Assembly: GCA_016748015.1 (NCBI GenBank)
Contig: JAAOMT010000514.1
Coordinates: 604,924-668,923 of the forward strand
Length of the DNA: 64,000 bases
Direction of reading: 5' to 3'
DNA from: Geosiphon pyriformis uo1
Taxonomy: Eukaryota > Fungi > Glomeromycota
In this document: positions 14,621-29,137 of the stretch, piece after piece
Position numbering within the stretch: position 1 is the stretch's first letter
How the letters are laid out: the number at the start of each line of letters is the position of its first letter
Made by a program: the position numbers and the translations under genes
The notes under the pieces: model-generated
What the model saw: the letters and a program-made list of their open reading frames with translations, nothing else
The model's database searches: none
What the model was told of the DNA's origin: nothing

Positions 14621-16907
14621 AAAAACTCTTTGTCTCCTTAATTTTATGACCATAACTAGAGCAAAGAGTAAAAAGGCTGCACCTGATATCTGTCTTAAGA
14701 TATCTAATAAAATTTCAACCAGAGGAGCTCTTTCTGTTGTAGAAGCAACTAGGCAAAACGTTTTAGAAGCCTTCCCCTTACCCAGTAATCGTGAAAAACT
14801 GCCTTTGGTAGCCACTAAATCAACTTCCACATCTTTGGCTGGTTTTTTACCAGTCAAAGTTTCTTCAAAGAAACACACTTGGGTTAGTCCCAATGTTGCC
14901 TCCATCCCGACTAAGAGCCCAAAAGTTTTTAATAATAGACCAGTAAATAAGCTGGTCTTCCCCTCTATAGACTCAACACCTGGTGCTTCTGGTACCACCT
15001 CTTCAAAAAAAATGGTCAAAAAGACCAAAAGTTCAGAAAAGTGGGGGCAGTCACTTGTCTCTGCTATTGTTACACCGAACTCTTTTGTGGTTCCCAATGA
15101 GATCTTAGATGAGATTTCAGTAATATCATCTGACACATCATCCAAGATGGGCCAAGATTAACCACTGGCTGTATTGCCAAATGTGGTGTTTTCCAACAGA
15201 TCATTGCTGGTTTTAGAAGCAAAACAATCTCTTCTTGTTGGGTCACCTGTTCTTGGGAACTGGGCTGATCAAATGGAAACTGATTTATCTTCTCCTCTAG
15301 TTTCTGGTGCTATTTCTGGTGGTGCTTGGGAAACTATTACTAGTTGTCAAAGGTTTGCTGGGTGGGTGGCCTTCACTCTGGTGTTTAGTGCTATTTTTAA
15401 GATCAAATTGGCTCATGTTAAGACTGTTTTTCAGTCTGTGCATGGTTTCTTGGGTGCTAAATCTGTTTCAAAAGACAATGTGAAGCTTTTCTGTATGGAG
15501 TTTGCTTCTCAACAGTCTTTGGAAGCTGTGTTTCTGGTTAAGCTTACAAGCTCTGTTTGTTTGGCCACTCTCAAAATTGCCAAATCTTTGGTGGTTTCTG
15601 AATTTGGTTCCTCTTCTGCTGCTGTTGCACTATGTGATGTACCTTTGGGTGTGTTTGCTGCTGACATTAAATTGGCTTTCAGTGTGTTTGGTAGTGTCAC
15701 TCGTGTTGTGCTGAAGCCTGCTGGCATTTGGCAGTATGTGGTGGTTTATTTTGAAAAGTTAGACTCTGCTGTATCTGCCTTGAAGCATTGGTCAGTCTTG
15801 GTGGGCAAGGATAGTGTTAGAATCTTCTCTCTGGTGAATTAAAATAAGACTATTTTGTCTTATAATAAGTTTAAGGCCAAATTGGTCAATCTTCCCCTTG
15901 GCTGTACTGTCTTTGAAATCAGTGATATGATTTCTCAGATTGATGGTTGAACATATTTCATCCCTCGTTCTCCTGATTCTGGTCATTGTTCCCAGTTTGC
16001 TTTGGTTATATTTGACTCTCAAGGCGATTTGGATTCTGCTGTAGTCAAGACTGGTACTTTAAGGAAATGCTATATCTGGTGGGAAACTTCTGGCTGCCGG
16101 CGCTGCTTTAGGTGTTAAGAAATGGGCCATCTGGCTACAGATTGCAAAATTTCTCTACCTTCCACTCTCAAGGTTTCCAAGGTTTTCAAGTCTCATTTTG
16201 TGGGTTCTGCTTCATATACCAAAACTGCTGCTCCTTCTGGTCTTTCTGAGTTTCCTCTTTTAGTGGCTTCTTCAGCTGCTTTTGCTGCTGATCCTGCTGT
16301 TAGTTCCAAGTTGGACTCTTTGGAAAAGCAGATTTTGGATTTGGCTGCTTTGATTAAGTCTATTGTTGAGTCTGTTGGTTCTTTGGTTGCTTTGGTGTCT
16401 CGTCTTCTTGATGATAATGCCATTAAGACTGTTCAGGTTGAGAAAGATATCGTTTCCCTGAAGAGTGCTGCTAACAATTTTTCTAACTTCATGGTTGGAG
16501 TTTTCAAAGACATTGCTTGTCTTAGATCTGAGGTTGACTGTGATGATATGAATTATGATGATGTTCTGGCTGCTAAGCCTTTTTTTTTGAGTGAGAACAC
16601 TATTGAGCATGTCATTGCTTTGTGGCAAATGTCTGGTGTTAAAACCAGGGGCAATATTGAGTCTACTAGATTGTTTCTTAGTGAGTTTATTTTTGACTCT
16701 AGGAATCTGAATGGTATCATTGAGAGAATTTGTGGGTTGGGGTTATTCTCACCTACTTTTGATTCAGCATAGTAAGTCCTTGATTGGGCTGAGTGTCTGA
16801 TTACATGTAGAAAATGCATAATTTATGCCTATAATGTAATCTCTTCTGTGGTATCATAGTTTAGGTAGTATTTGGGTCTCATTCGTTAAAATATAATAAA
16901 AAAAAAA
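14621..16907 (+). mobile_element. ORF1-only non-autonomous non-LTR retroelement (HAL1-like) with LINE 3' tail and poly(A)
   Basis: A single ancestral reading frame (14646-16772) is followed directly by the LINE-type 3' tail (tgattgggc-tgagt-gtctgatta ... cattcg) and poly(A) at 16897-16907. No EN/RT/RNase H sequence. Possible TSD remnant agattaaa at 14605-14612 and 16907-16914. Confidence 0.85.
14646..16772 (+). pseudogene. Diverged ORF1p paralogue (~708 codons; 3 RRM-like repeats, CCHC zinc knuckle, C-terminal helical region) with four in-frame stops
   Basis: ORFs 14646, 15174 and 16122 share one frame. The stops (TAA 15159, TAA 15840, TGA ~15948, TAA 16116) are each one C>T change from CAA/CGA. 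WSVLVGKDSVR matches LINE ORF1, and the knuckle reads CFRC*EMGHLATDC. Confidence 0.82.
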
Positions 16908-17929
16908 GATTAAACTTATTAAATATTTAATAAAAAAAGTAAAATTTAATAATTATTTATATATATATAATAAAAAATTTAAGTAAAATTTTTTTTTAAT
17001 GCTTAATACAAAATAACTTAATAAGTTATTTTATAAATATAATATAATTATTATATACTAAACATAAATTATATTATAAACAATATATAATTAGTTTTTA
17101 AACCAATTAAACTTATTTTAAATTAAACAAAAAAAACAAATTATATATTATTATTTTATTTAAATAATTCTTAATTATTTATTTTTAATAATTAATTTTT
17201 TTATTTAAACTTTAATATCTTTTTTACTTTTAATTACTGTATTTAATAATTTCAAAAAACTCTTAAATAAAAAAAATTCACAAATAAATCTGATTTTTAA
17301 TTATATTATTATAAAATATAATTTTATTAAATTTATTTTTAATTTTTTTAAAAAACTTTTATATATATTAATAATTATTTTTGAATAACAATTACAAATT
17401 TAAAATATTAAATTGTATAAATAAAAGCATGTAAAAATTTTAAAGCATATTAAAATTTATTATTATTAGAATATATATATTAATTATCAATTTTATTAAT
17501 GTTTTTTAATTTATTAAAATTTTTTTATATTAATTTAAGTTAATAGTTAAATTGTGTTATATTTTTTTGTTGTAAGTAAATTAATTATTGATTTTTTATT
17601 TTCTCATTGCTGGTTAATTTTGTTAATTAAATATAATAATATGAGTTATTTTACATATTTAATGTTAATAATATTACAGTTTATATTAGTTATAAAATAT
17701 AATTTAGCTTTATATTTAAAAATATTTATAAAAAGTTTATGTAAAACTTTTATTATATATTTAAGATTTTTTTAAACAAGTTTAAATTAAGAAAAAAATT
17801 AATATTTTTAAAGATAAAAAAAGTTTTTAAACATAAATTGTTAAAATTAAAAAATTTTAAAATAAATACCAAAAAATTTATTGTAATTTTTATTAAATTA
17901 AAAATTAATTTATAATATTTTAATATAAA

Positions 17930-20900
17930 TTTTTTTTTTTTTTTTTTTTTAATAAGTGAAGTTCAAATGCCACCTAGCATTATACATCATACAAATAATC
18001 TACACTAGCTGTGAATCATGCCTTTGCTACACATGACCAAACATTCAGACTAGTCAGAACAACACTACATACTTATATGAACAGAAACCATGTCATCAAT
18101 ACCTGCATAAAACAAACAATGTTTACAATACCCAAAACTGATGCTAAGTGCATTAGCAACACCCAACAACCTAATCACCCTAGCCAAAAGCCATATAAAA
18201 AAACCAGAAACAGTAACAGAAATGGAATCATCACGTGAAATTAGCTTATTCTTCTCCATAATGGCCCGGTGTTTTGCACAGACCAGCCAGATATTATTAT
18301 GAAATGCAAGACAAAATTCATGTACAAAATTCACAACATTAACCACTGTCACCTTAGGATCCTTATAAACAGAAACAGACTTGTGATACCAATTGCCGAA
18401 AACAAAGCCCTTACACAGGGCTGTATTGACAGTTACATCTGAAATATAAGTTGACAACAACTACAATACACACGAAAAAGAATAAGACAGACCAGAATGC
18501 ACCTCCTAGGCAGCTGCATAAGTGTCCAACAAACTGGCATGACTATCAGCATCAGAAGAGCAAGAAAAAACATGGTCTGAGACTTTAACCTCACCACAGA
18601 ACAAACAAACTACACTGGGATAACTCTTATCATACAAACACTTTTGCACAGCAACAGAAAGGCAATGATGAAGGGCCTTCATGAAATATGTACGAAAGCC
18701 AACCATTCAAATACTAGTAAAACCAGTCACTATATGGGAATCCGGATGCCACACCAAAGAGGACCTGGACTAATCAATATTGCCATGCAAACCATCTGCT
18801 ACAACTTTTGATCCAGAACCAATCTTCCAACATGCTCGATGAACAGACTGGAAAACATCACGAACGAAATGCCTAGAATTACCAGAAACCACAGTACCAC
18901 CAGCTTTTAGAAAACATTCACTAATCAAATAGGGCAGCTGTCAAGGCAAGAAGATGGCATTCTTAGTAAGCACATTAGCACACTCATTGTCCAAAACACC
19001 CAAATGACCTCTCACTTTGACCCAGTTCACATCCAAATTTTTACGATGAATAACATTAGCAATATGGTGCTGTTTGATCCAGCACTGATTCCTGAAATCC
19101 AGACAAATCAACAAAAACTCAAATTTGCATGCATCTAAAGCTGCCTGGCTGTCTGAAAACAAGTCGACCGAATAGGAAGAGGGAACACACTCAAGAGCCA
19201 ATGCAATGGCTTGCAGCTCTGTTAGAGTAGAAAAAACCAGACCAGACATCCCTACACCCAAACCTAAACCAATGTCCTCAAAAAAAACCACAGCACCAGC
19301 CAACATGTCAACAGTACCCAAGTTACTTAGAGATCCATCTGTGTACATAAAGAGGTGGGTGGCACCAACATTCAACAGATCATTACAAATAACACTAAAA
19401 CCAAGAGACTGACAAATGTCAGAAGAGCCACAAACACTCTCATGAGGAGAATGACCAGAAGGAAAAGCAACACCACCAAGAAAATGAACAGAGAGATCAA
19501 ACTAGGAGGAGACCAGGCCATGGGGGTCCAGTCTTTTCCAATGCTTAAAAGTCTTTCAATCAAAAACAATACTGTTTTGGTCACAAAGCTGTTCTACAAA
19601 AGCAATACCATAATGCCTAAGGGAAAAAATGCATTTGAAAAAAATTGTCTTGCCAAGAACTAGAGACATAAGAGTACCACTTCAGAAATGAAAAGCACCG
19701 GCCAGAGAGCCACCCAAAGATAAATCACACCCAGAAAAAATACAAACCACACCTGCCAAAAAGTTGTTTGAAGAGCTGACTCTAACACAAACAGAAAACA
19801 GCAAAGAGTGACGAGAATGCCAGCTAAGAACCTGAAGATTGTGAGACCTATGAAAAAACAAGCAACCCAAAACACCAATCGAATTTGCAAAAGCAATGAC
19901 AGAAGCCAACTTGCTCTTAGTCTGAATCTGCTTAAAAGTTTTTAAATTGTACAAGGAAGGATGATAAAGTGCATTATTGGGAAAGTCCAGAGGCAGCCCA
20001 AATTTGGATTTTAGGCCCTTGTAAATCAAAACATCCTATTTATTACACACATTGAGAGAAATAAAACTGAACTGGGTTCTGTAGCTGATGATAGGAAAGA
20101 GAACTGAAGACACCAAGTAAGCAAACTGTTTATCTGAAATAACTTTTCTTAGAATGAGATTGACAAAAAACCAAACATCCGAATACACCTTAACCAAGCT
20201 AGGCTTCAAAAAACCTTCAGAAAATAAAAAAATCTCCAGATAATGATGAGGTTCACCTCTTTTAGTGATAGAAATTGGCAGGCCACTGATAGTTAGATAA
20301 GGAGCAGCAACCTGACAGTTGATAGAAATGGCCACAGTCTTGTCATTGTTTATTGAAATGTCATTTAAACAAAAGAAATTACTAGCAACATTGAGGATGT
20401 GTTGTGTAGCAGCCTGGCTGCTACCAACCCAGATAGTATCATTAACAAAAGCACTAGCAGTCAGAAACAACATCAGCCCAGCTTGAGATTCTACCCGGCC
20501 AGTCTTAGAAATGAAATGAGAAACCAATCTGTACTCACAAATGCTTTTCTGTCTCTTAACTTTACACAAAAGCAAGTCATAAAATATGCACCAGAAAAGT
20601 GGCAAAAAAACCTTCCTCTGATCCAATCCATCATGAACATAATATTCATTAGTTAAACCAAAATCTGTCATTACTTTGTTAGTATGACTATTATGAATGC
20701 TACCAAAAAATCTGATAAATTTGTTACACATTTTAATCCTGATCAAACTCCTCTTGAGATGCTCTCAATCAACAGAATCATAAGCTTTGTGCATATTTTG
20801 TAAAACCAGCCACAACTCTCAGTTCTTTTTCAAAGCATCTTTGATCACCGAACCAATAGCAAAGATAGGCAATTGAGTAGACATACTCTTCAGAACAGAG

Positions 20901-23900
20901 AAATTGTCCCCACGGAAAACATTAAAAGTGCTACAAGCCAGAGAGATCCGATCTGAAAAAATCTTAAAAAGAACCTTGCGAGCTGTTTCAATCAAAGCAA
21001 TGGGGTGGGTATTTATAAGAACCCCCTCCCATTTGTAAGGTTTAGGTATCATCAAGACCCAGACTTTCCTTTAAGGTCCAGGCACTGACTTACAATTCAA
21101 ACAAAAATTTAAGAGCACCAAAAGCATATCCAAGACTGACTTGTCACAGTGTTTCCAAAGTTCATTAGTGATACCAGAAAGACCAGCTGCTTTTTTATTG
21201 GGCAAATTTGAAATAACACCAAACATCTCATTAAAACCAATTAAATGTATTACATCAGAGAAGGCACCATTGAAGACATAATCCAAAGACCAAAATTGCC
21301 TTGCCTAATCACCAGAGATATCAGAAGCCACCACACGTTTCCTAGTCCAACCCTTCATGATTCCATCTACCTTAGATTTAATCAACTCAGGCTCTAAGAC
21401 CAACTCCCTACCATCTACCAAATAATCCAACATCACTTTACAAAAAGGACGCTCCAAAACACTTCTGATAGTGTGACCCTTATCCATCTCAAAACTTTCC
21501 ATTCTTTTTTTAATAGCCTGCTTTATACAAAATTCTTCAGCACACTTAGATTCCAACAACTTAGAAGAGCGGTAAGACTTTTTCGTCTTAGCCAGCCCAG
21601 AACAGATTGCATCAAAACCAGCACCAGAAAAAAACAAAAATCTCACTGGCAAAGTGTTCACAGAATCAAGTCTGTTCTAAGTATCTAACAACGAGGCAAA
21701 ATCCCTGCCAGAAACCAACTGAGAAGCCTTCACCAGTTTAAACACAAGTAGCTCCAGTTTATGAAACTGGAAAGACACCTTATTAAAAACACAATCAAAA
21801 CCCTTAAACCATTTTTTTTTGAACATTCCACCAGCCAAAAGAACCATAATCTTATGAACAATATCTCACATTGCATCCAGATCAGAAAACTGCTTAGCTA
21901 CAACAAACTCATCCAAGAACATAACAACATTAGCAGCTATAGCATTCCTGAATTCAGACCACTTAACCTCATTGGCATTTTTGATATCATATTTCCAATG
22001 ATTTCTATTTGCTTGTTTGTACAGTGAGTTCAACTCGACATTGAGCAGGCCTCCCAGTCCCACAAAAACAGACACAGTCTTGTAATCAGTATCAAAATAG
22101 TCTTCAATGCCATTTACATCACGATCCACCACTGCACCAACCAAATTAGAAAAAATGAGCACATAGTCAATCATTTTAGTGATGCTATAAGAATTGCATC
22201 AAGTGGGTGACTTCATGAAGGAGCTCTCTCCCAGAGAGTTGATCAAACCCAAATCAAAACATTTTTTGAAACTTGCACACCTGTGAGAACCATTTTCATT
22301 AAAATCACCACTAAAAATAACAAAGGAGGACTCATTCACAGTCTTAGCAATGAGAGAGTTAACCTTGCCAGCCTAAGAAAAATGAACTGCCAAAGATGCA
22401 CCAGCATACAGCCCCAGAATAAACACAGAGAGTTTCTTCTTAAAAAGCAATCTAACCAACAGAAGCCAACCAGGCACCTCTGAAACTTTACACACATGTC
22501 TCACCAAAGAAGAGTCCATAATGATTGCAACACCAGATTCCATGTGACCAGAATCCAGTTCAGAAGTAAAAACACAAACACCATCAAACTTATCAGCAAT
22601 CCAAGGGTAAATCTTTCCCTTCAACTTTGTTTCAGTGACAATAGAAACCATATTGTTCATGTCTTTATGCCAACAAACAATGTCTGCCTGTTTTGCACAA
22701 TTGTTTATACCTCTGACATTGCATGTGGTAATCTTCCAAATAAAGTGAGTCATTAAGATGACGTGGAAACTGACAAACCCGAATCAGAGCACAGAAGATT
22801 CAACTTATCCAAAACTGAACCAACTGAAGCCTCCAAAGTGACCAATTTTGTCTCCAAACCACCCATCTTGGCAGTAAGAACCTTGGAACTACTAGTGCTG
22901 AAGTCGACAACAGCATCAATAGTGATGGGAGGAGTAATATCAGAAGAACTCAAAGCATTGTCCACAATCATATCTGAATCCACTTCAGAACTCAAAGCTG
23001 CAGAAACAACAGAAGAGAGGGCCAGGGAAGAAGGAACCAAAGGAATTACACCAAAGGAATCCAACCTAATCAGGATGCCAGAAACATGGTCAGCCAAAAG
23101 CTCCAAAGAGCATTCCAAAACTGCCAGACAATCATTCAAATAGGAAACAACAAGATGATCAGAGACTGCTGAAGGAGGAACCAAACCAACACACAAACCA
23201 GACCCAGAAGAACCAAAAAGAGACACACGGAAAGAGGTGTCACTAGCAATTTGGGCCCATGTTTTGCCACCAAACAAAACTGGATGAGCAATAGAAGCTG
23301 ATTTCTTCTTATATATACCAGCCAGACAAACCCAATCCTGATCAGAAACCACCTTCTTCCTATGAACACCAGAACTTTCACTCACAGAACAGTTGGTAGT
23401 GGTATGACTAAACTGTATATACTTGGTACAGCTAGCCAAAACAAGACTAGCCCAATGCAAACTAACACCCTTGAAAATTGGAACAGTACTAACAGCAGCC
23501 AATCTGGCATCCTCATTCTTAAAACAAATGATTGCACACCGATTGTGGACATATGAACCAGGATTGCAGCCAATGAAACAAGTTTTCCCACCATATGATA
23601 CCAACAAATCTGACAGATCATGGGCTGAAGTACCAACTAGAAGAGTATAGAGCAAAGCCTAATAATAATCTCTTGACACCCACATTTGCTTATTATTGAC
23701 GGCCAGTGCTACACGAACTGAATCCTTTCCCACAAGAACAGACCACTTAGAAGCAACCAAACTGGCAACTTCTGATGACTCAAATTCAATCAGGGCTTTT
23801 TGCCAAAGACCAATTAATTGTATTCTGATGGAAATGATCTTGCCAAATTTAGAAAAAACTAATTCCACAGCCAACTTTAGAAGATCAACTGGAATCTCCT

Positions 23901-24825
23901 TAATGATCACTTCCCAATTCAAATGAATGTTTGCTTTTTTGAGATCACTATTGACAACAATTTTCTCATGGACTGCCAATTCCCTGGCCTTAATCAAACT
24001 AGACTCACTTGTGAAAGTTGAACAAATAACACCAGGAAACTTTGAGGGAGTTGAAGCTCCTCCAAAACCATCAATTTTATAAAAAAAATTTTTGATTGAA
24101 ATAAGCTTATTACTATTAGTTCTGCCAGGAACAGCTGACAAATTCACATCCAGAGCAAATGATTTCACTGGCCCGAAACTATGACTCTCGAGAACATGTG
24201 AATTAAAAGATGGCAGCTAATTGAACTCACTGATTTTAGGAGGCAGCAACATGGAATTGTCATTGTTGTTGTTCATAGTAGCAAATAGAGATGCTTTGAG
24301 AGGTTATTCTAACATATATGTTCAAGTGCGAGTCCTTTGTGGCGTAGTTTCATTTATTTCGTTGTCCTCATCTGAATTAACATAGCTTGTCTCCTCGGCA
24401 ACCAAGTTCTCAAGCTCTCGACATCTAAAAGACCACTTATACTGTCAGAAACACTACCTACTCTACTTCTTCAGAACACTGTCAGCTTACCATTATTACC
24501 ACCCAAATTTTTCAAACATAGAGGACCAGTAGATGACTCAACCAAAACACCAGCTGCAGGCTTTTTAGACTTCTTGTAAGATGCACCACGGGAGTAGACT
24601 GTGTCAACACATTTGTTTTTAGCACTCTGGTGGGTCCCCAAACCAGCCGAATCTGAACCAGAACCACCAGCAGACACTCCCACTGGTTCCATCGCAACAA
24701 ATAAAGGTAAGTTAGAAAAAATAGTTAACAGGGATTGAGGGAAAAGGGAAAAGGAAAACCGATTTCTTCAAAATTATTTTTCATTCTCATTGTGGTTAGA
24801 GGATCAACGAGAGAAAAAAAAGTTT
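17930..24825 (-). mobile_element. LINE copy 3, full length, decayed (5'/ORF1 type B, ORF2/tail type Y)
   Basis: ORF1 24692-22753; ORF2 22753-18065 (TCNVRG, IDYV, AFVND, YTDGS, DSQAAL, KVRGH, CLFC). poly(T) on the + strand at 17930-17950. Exact 15-bp TSD ttttaatataaattt at 17918-17932 and 24832-24846. Confidence 0.93.
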
Positions 24826-25049
24826 GATTTTTTTTAATATAAATTTGAATATTTTTATAGATTATAATTAATTTAATCAATAATATATTTAATATTTTTA
24901 TTTTAAAAATAGTATGTTTATGTTAAATATTTTAAATATTTTAAAATAATAAATTATTTAAAAATTTAAAACTGTTTTTATAGATTAGCTTTTAAATAAT
25001 TATAATATGTGTTTTTTTAATAAACTTTTATTAAAAAAAACTGAAACTT

Positions 25050-27305
25050 AAAAATCTCAATATTTTTTCTCTTTTATTTTTATAATTATAACCAGAACAA
25101 AAAGTAAAAAAGTTTTAAATATTATTTTTTCTATAGTAATTAATAAAATTTTAACAAATATAAATTTTTTTTTATTGTTAAAATAGCTAAACAGAATGTT
25201 TTAACAATGTTTTTCTTAAATATTAATAATAAAAAGCTGACTTTAGTAATTTTTAAAGCATTTTTTTCACTTTTGGCTGGTGGTTTTTTTTCAATTAAAA
25301 TTATATTTAAAAGACATACTTGAATCATTTTAATATTGTTTTTACTTTTTTTAAAAGCTTTAAAGTTTTTAATAATAGGCCAGTTAATAAACTAATTTTT
25401 TTCATTTTTATTATTAATATTGCTACTACTATTACTTTATAAATAACCAAAAAATTATAGAGTCAAAAAATAACAACAGTTGTTTATATTTATTATTATT
25501 ATATTGAATTTTTTTATTATTTTAAATAAGATCTTAAATAAGATTTTTCTAGCAACAACTAATTCTTTTTTTAATGTAAATAACATTAACAATAACATAT
25601 TTTCTAAAATAAGCCAAGATTAATTACTAATTATATTGTTAAATATAATGTTTTCTGACAGATTATTATTGGTCTTAAAAGCAAAACAATCTATTAGATT
25701 ATTTGATTTTAAGAATTAGATTAATTAGATAAAAACCAAATTTATCTTTGTTTCTTTGTTTTTTGATACTGTTTCTAATAGCACTTAAAAAACAATCTCT
25801 AATTGTTAAAAGTTTTCTAAGTAAATAATTTTTACTTTGGTTTTTAATTATATTTTTAAAATTAAATTAGTCTTGGTTAATTCTTTGTTTCATTTGTTGT
25901 CTAGTTTTGTTGAACTTAAGTTAATTTTCAAAGACAATATTAAGTTATTTTGTGTAAATTTTGTTTCTAAGGCTTTTTTGGTTACTGCTGTTAAAGTTTT
26001 TATTAATGGTTCTTTTTTTTAATTATACTTAAGATTGCAAAATCTTTTGTAATAACTTCTGTTTTCTTTCTTTTCATTTCTATTGTATTTTGTAATATCG
26101 TTTTTGGCATATTTTTTAATAATATTAAAAATATTCTTGGTGTTTTTAGTGTTATTACTTCTGTAAAATTAAAGCCTATTAGTTTGTAGCAATATATTAT
26201 TGTTAATTTTAAGAACTTTTTTTCTGTTGTTGTTGTTCTTAATAATTGGTCTGTACTAGTAAAAAAAATAATATTTGGATTTTTTTTTAATCAGAAAAAA
26301 TTTATTATCTTTTGAAATTTTTTTAAAGTTAAATTAGTTGATTTTTTTTTAATTGTATTGTTTTTAAAATTAGTAATATGATTTTTTAAATTGTTAACTT
26401 TATTTGTTTTATTTTTTATTTTCCAAATTTTTATCATTATTAATGTTTTACTGTTATTATTTTTAAGTCTAAAAAAATATTAAAACTTGTTATAACAAAA
26501 ACCAATACTTTATACAAATATTATATTTGATAAAAAACTCTTAAATGCTGTTATTATTATAGATATTAAAATTTAGATTATTTGTTTGTTGATTATAAGA
26601 TGTTAGCTTTTTTGTTTTTTAAACTATCTTTAAAATTTGTGGTTGGCTTCAAGTTTTTTGTATTATTTTTTGTTAATAGCAAGTCTTATATTATAATTTT
26701 TGTCTTTTTGGCTCTTTTTTCTGCTGTTTTTTTGGTTGTTTTTGCTGTTAATTTTGTTGTTAAGTCTAAATTAAATTTTTTAAAATCTTAGATTTTAAGT
26801 TTGGCTGCTTTAGTAAAATTTATTGTTAAATTTATTAGTTCTTTGATTGTTTTAATTACTTTTTTTATGTTTGAAAATATGTACAAAAATTAAAAAATTG
26901 AAAAAAATTTGCTTACTATGTTTAATGTTTTTCAAGACTTTGTTTTTCTTTTAATTGATGTGTCTAAAAACTTTATTAGTCTTAAAACTAAAATTAAATT
27001 TAATGACTTGAATGATAATAATATAAGTGTTGTTAAAACATATTTTTTAAGCATAAAAACATGTAATTGTATAATTATTTTGTGGTAAATATATGGTCTT
27101 AAATTTAAAAATAATATTAAGAAAATTAGATTATTTTAAAATAAGTTTATTTTTAATTTTGATTTAGCTTAGTTAATATTTTAACTAATTTAAATAGTTG
27201 GTTACATATAAAAAACACATAAATTATATTTAATTTAGGCTACTTAGTTTGACATATTATATTAAATAGTAATTAGACATACTTATTAAAACATAATAAA
27301 AAAAA
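25050..27305 (+). mobile_element. Second, heavily C>T/G>A-eroded copy of the ORF1-only element
   Basis: Collinear with 14621-16907: ataattataaccagaacaaaaagtaaaaa (25082) versus atgaccataactagagcaaagagtaaaaa, and aaagtttttaataataggccagttaataa versus aaagtttttaataatagaccagtaaataa. Ends gatttagcttag plus a LINE-type tail and poly(A) at ~27298-27305. Confidence 0.8.
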
Positions 27306-29137
27306 CTTATCTAGTTTTTGTATAATTTATATATATATTAAACTTTAATTTAAATAAAATTTTTATTAATAATAAAAATTTGTTTGTGTTTATTTTAATT
27401 TAAAAAATATGTATTTAAAAAAAATTATAATTTTTACTTAATAGTTTAATAAAATATATTGGATTTTTTAATATTAATGATTTATTAATTTATTTTTTAA
27501 ATTTAGATTTAAATATAAATATTAAAATACATAATTTAATATTAAATATATTAACTAAATTATAAATTATAACTTTAAATATTTATTGAGCTGAATTATA
27601 ATTAAATATGTTTAATCTTTATAATTACTGTTGAATAATATATTAATAATAAAAATATTAATATAATAATTTAAAATTAATAATTAATCTAATATATTAA
27701 ATAAATTAATATACTAATTAATAAGACAATATTTTTAAATTTTTATATTTGTTAATATTGAAAATGTAATTAAATAAATTTTTGCAAAAAATTTTACAAA
27801 TTAATTTAAAAATATTTTGTTTTATTAAGCATAATTTTTTAAAATTTACTTTTATATAAACAAAATTAATAATTATTACTTAATATTAATTATTTAATTT
27901 ATTAATAAAAAATATTAAAAATATTTTAATAATTACTTTTTTAACAGTTTAAAATTAAATATAATTTTTAGATATTTATTAAATTTAAATAAATAATTTT
28001 TAATTAAAATTATTATAATATTACTAATTTTTATTTTATTTATAAAATTTGGTACATTTAATAATATTACATATTTTTAGATAATAAAATACAATTTAAG
28101 CAATGTAAAATAATTTTTAAAAAATTTATTAATCTGTAAATTTATTATATTAAGTTTATATAATAAGCAACAATATTTTAAGACTTTAATAAAAGCAATT
28201 AAATAAAAATTAATATAAATTATTACTTAAAAAACTATTTATATTCAAAAACAGTTTACAAAACTGATTTTTAGTAAAAACATTTGAAAAAAATAAAGCA
28301 AATATTTAAAAATAAACAAATTATTTTTGTAATAATAACAAAAAAATTAGCAATAAAATAATTAATATTAGTAATAGCAAAATAAAATCCATAGCAACAA
28401 AATTAAGAACAGTGGTAATATTAAATAATAAATAACATCAAAAAAAATTAAAATTGAGCAAACAAATAAAAAGATTAATTTTTTATTGGAAAATACAAAT
28501 TTTTTAGTTATAATCTTAAGAAATAAGTTAATATTTTTTTATGATTTGCATTGTTTTATATTAATAGATTTATTTTTTAATAAAATTATAATGACCAGAA
28601 CTACATATTATATAATATTATGAATTATATTAAATTATTTGGAATTAATACATTTATAATGCTGCATAAAAATGCAAAGCAAAAATATCTTATAATATTG
28701 AAGTTCCAAAGATTGATCATTCAGATATTGATGGAAAGCAAAGTGGTTGGAATTGTTAATGAAAGACTCTATAAATTGGGATGCAAGTCAGAACTTTTAT
28801 AATGCAACAGAATTAATGCCTTCTAAAGAATATTGATTTTTCAGAATTACGAGAGATAAAAATACCTTTATTTTTTTACGTAAAGCAGTCTTATGCCAAA
28901 TGACAGGTTATTAATACAATTGTAAAAGAAACGGAATTTTATATAATAAAAAAACGCCTCAAATATTTATGAATTTTTTTTATTGGCTAGTATATTAAAT
29001 AATATAATTGGTCGTGTTGAATTAAGGATTCAATTTGAATTAGTCAGGCGTATAATGAAATTTAACTTGGATTAACTAAACTAAAAATTTTAACAACTTA
29101 CTTTTGTAACTATATACTTCCGAAAACCTTCGTGTCA

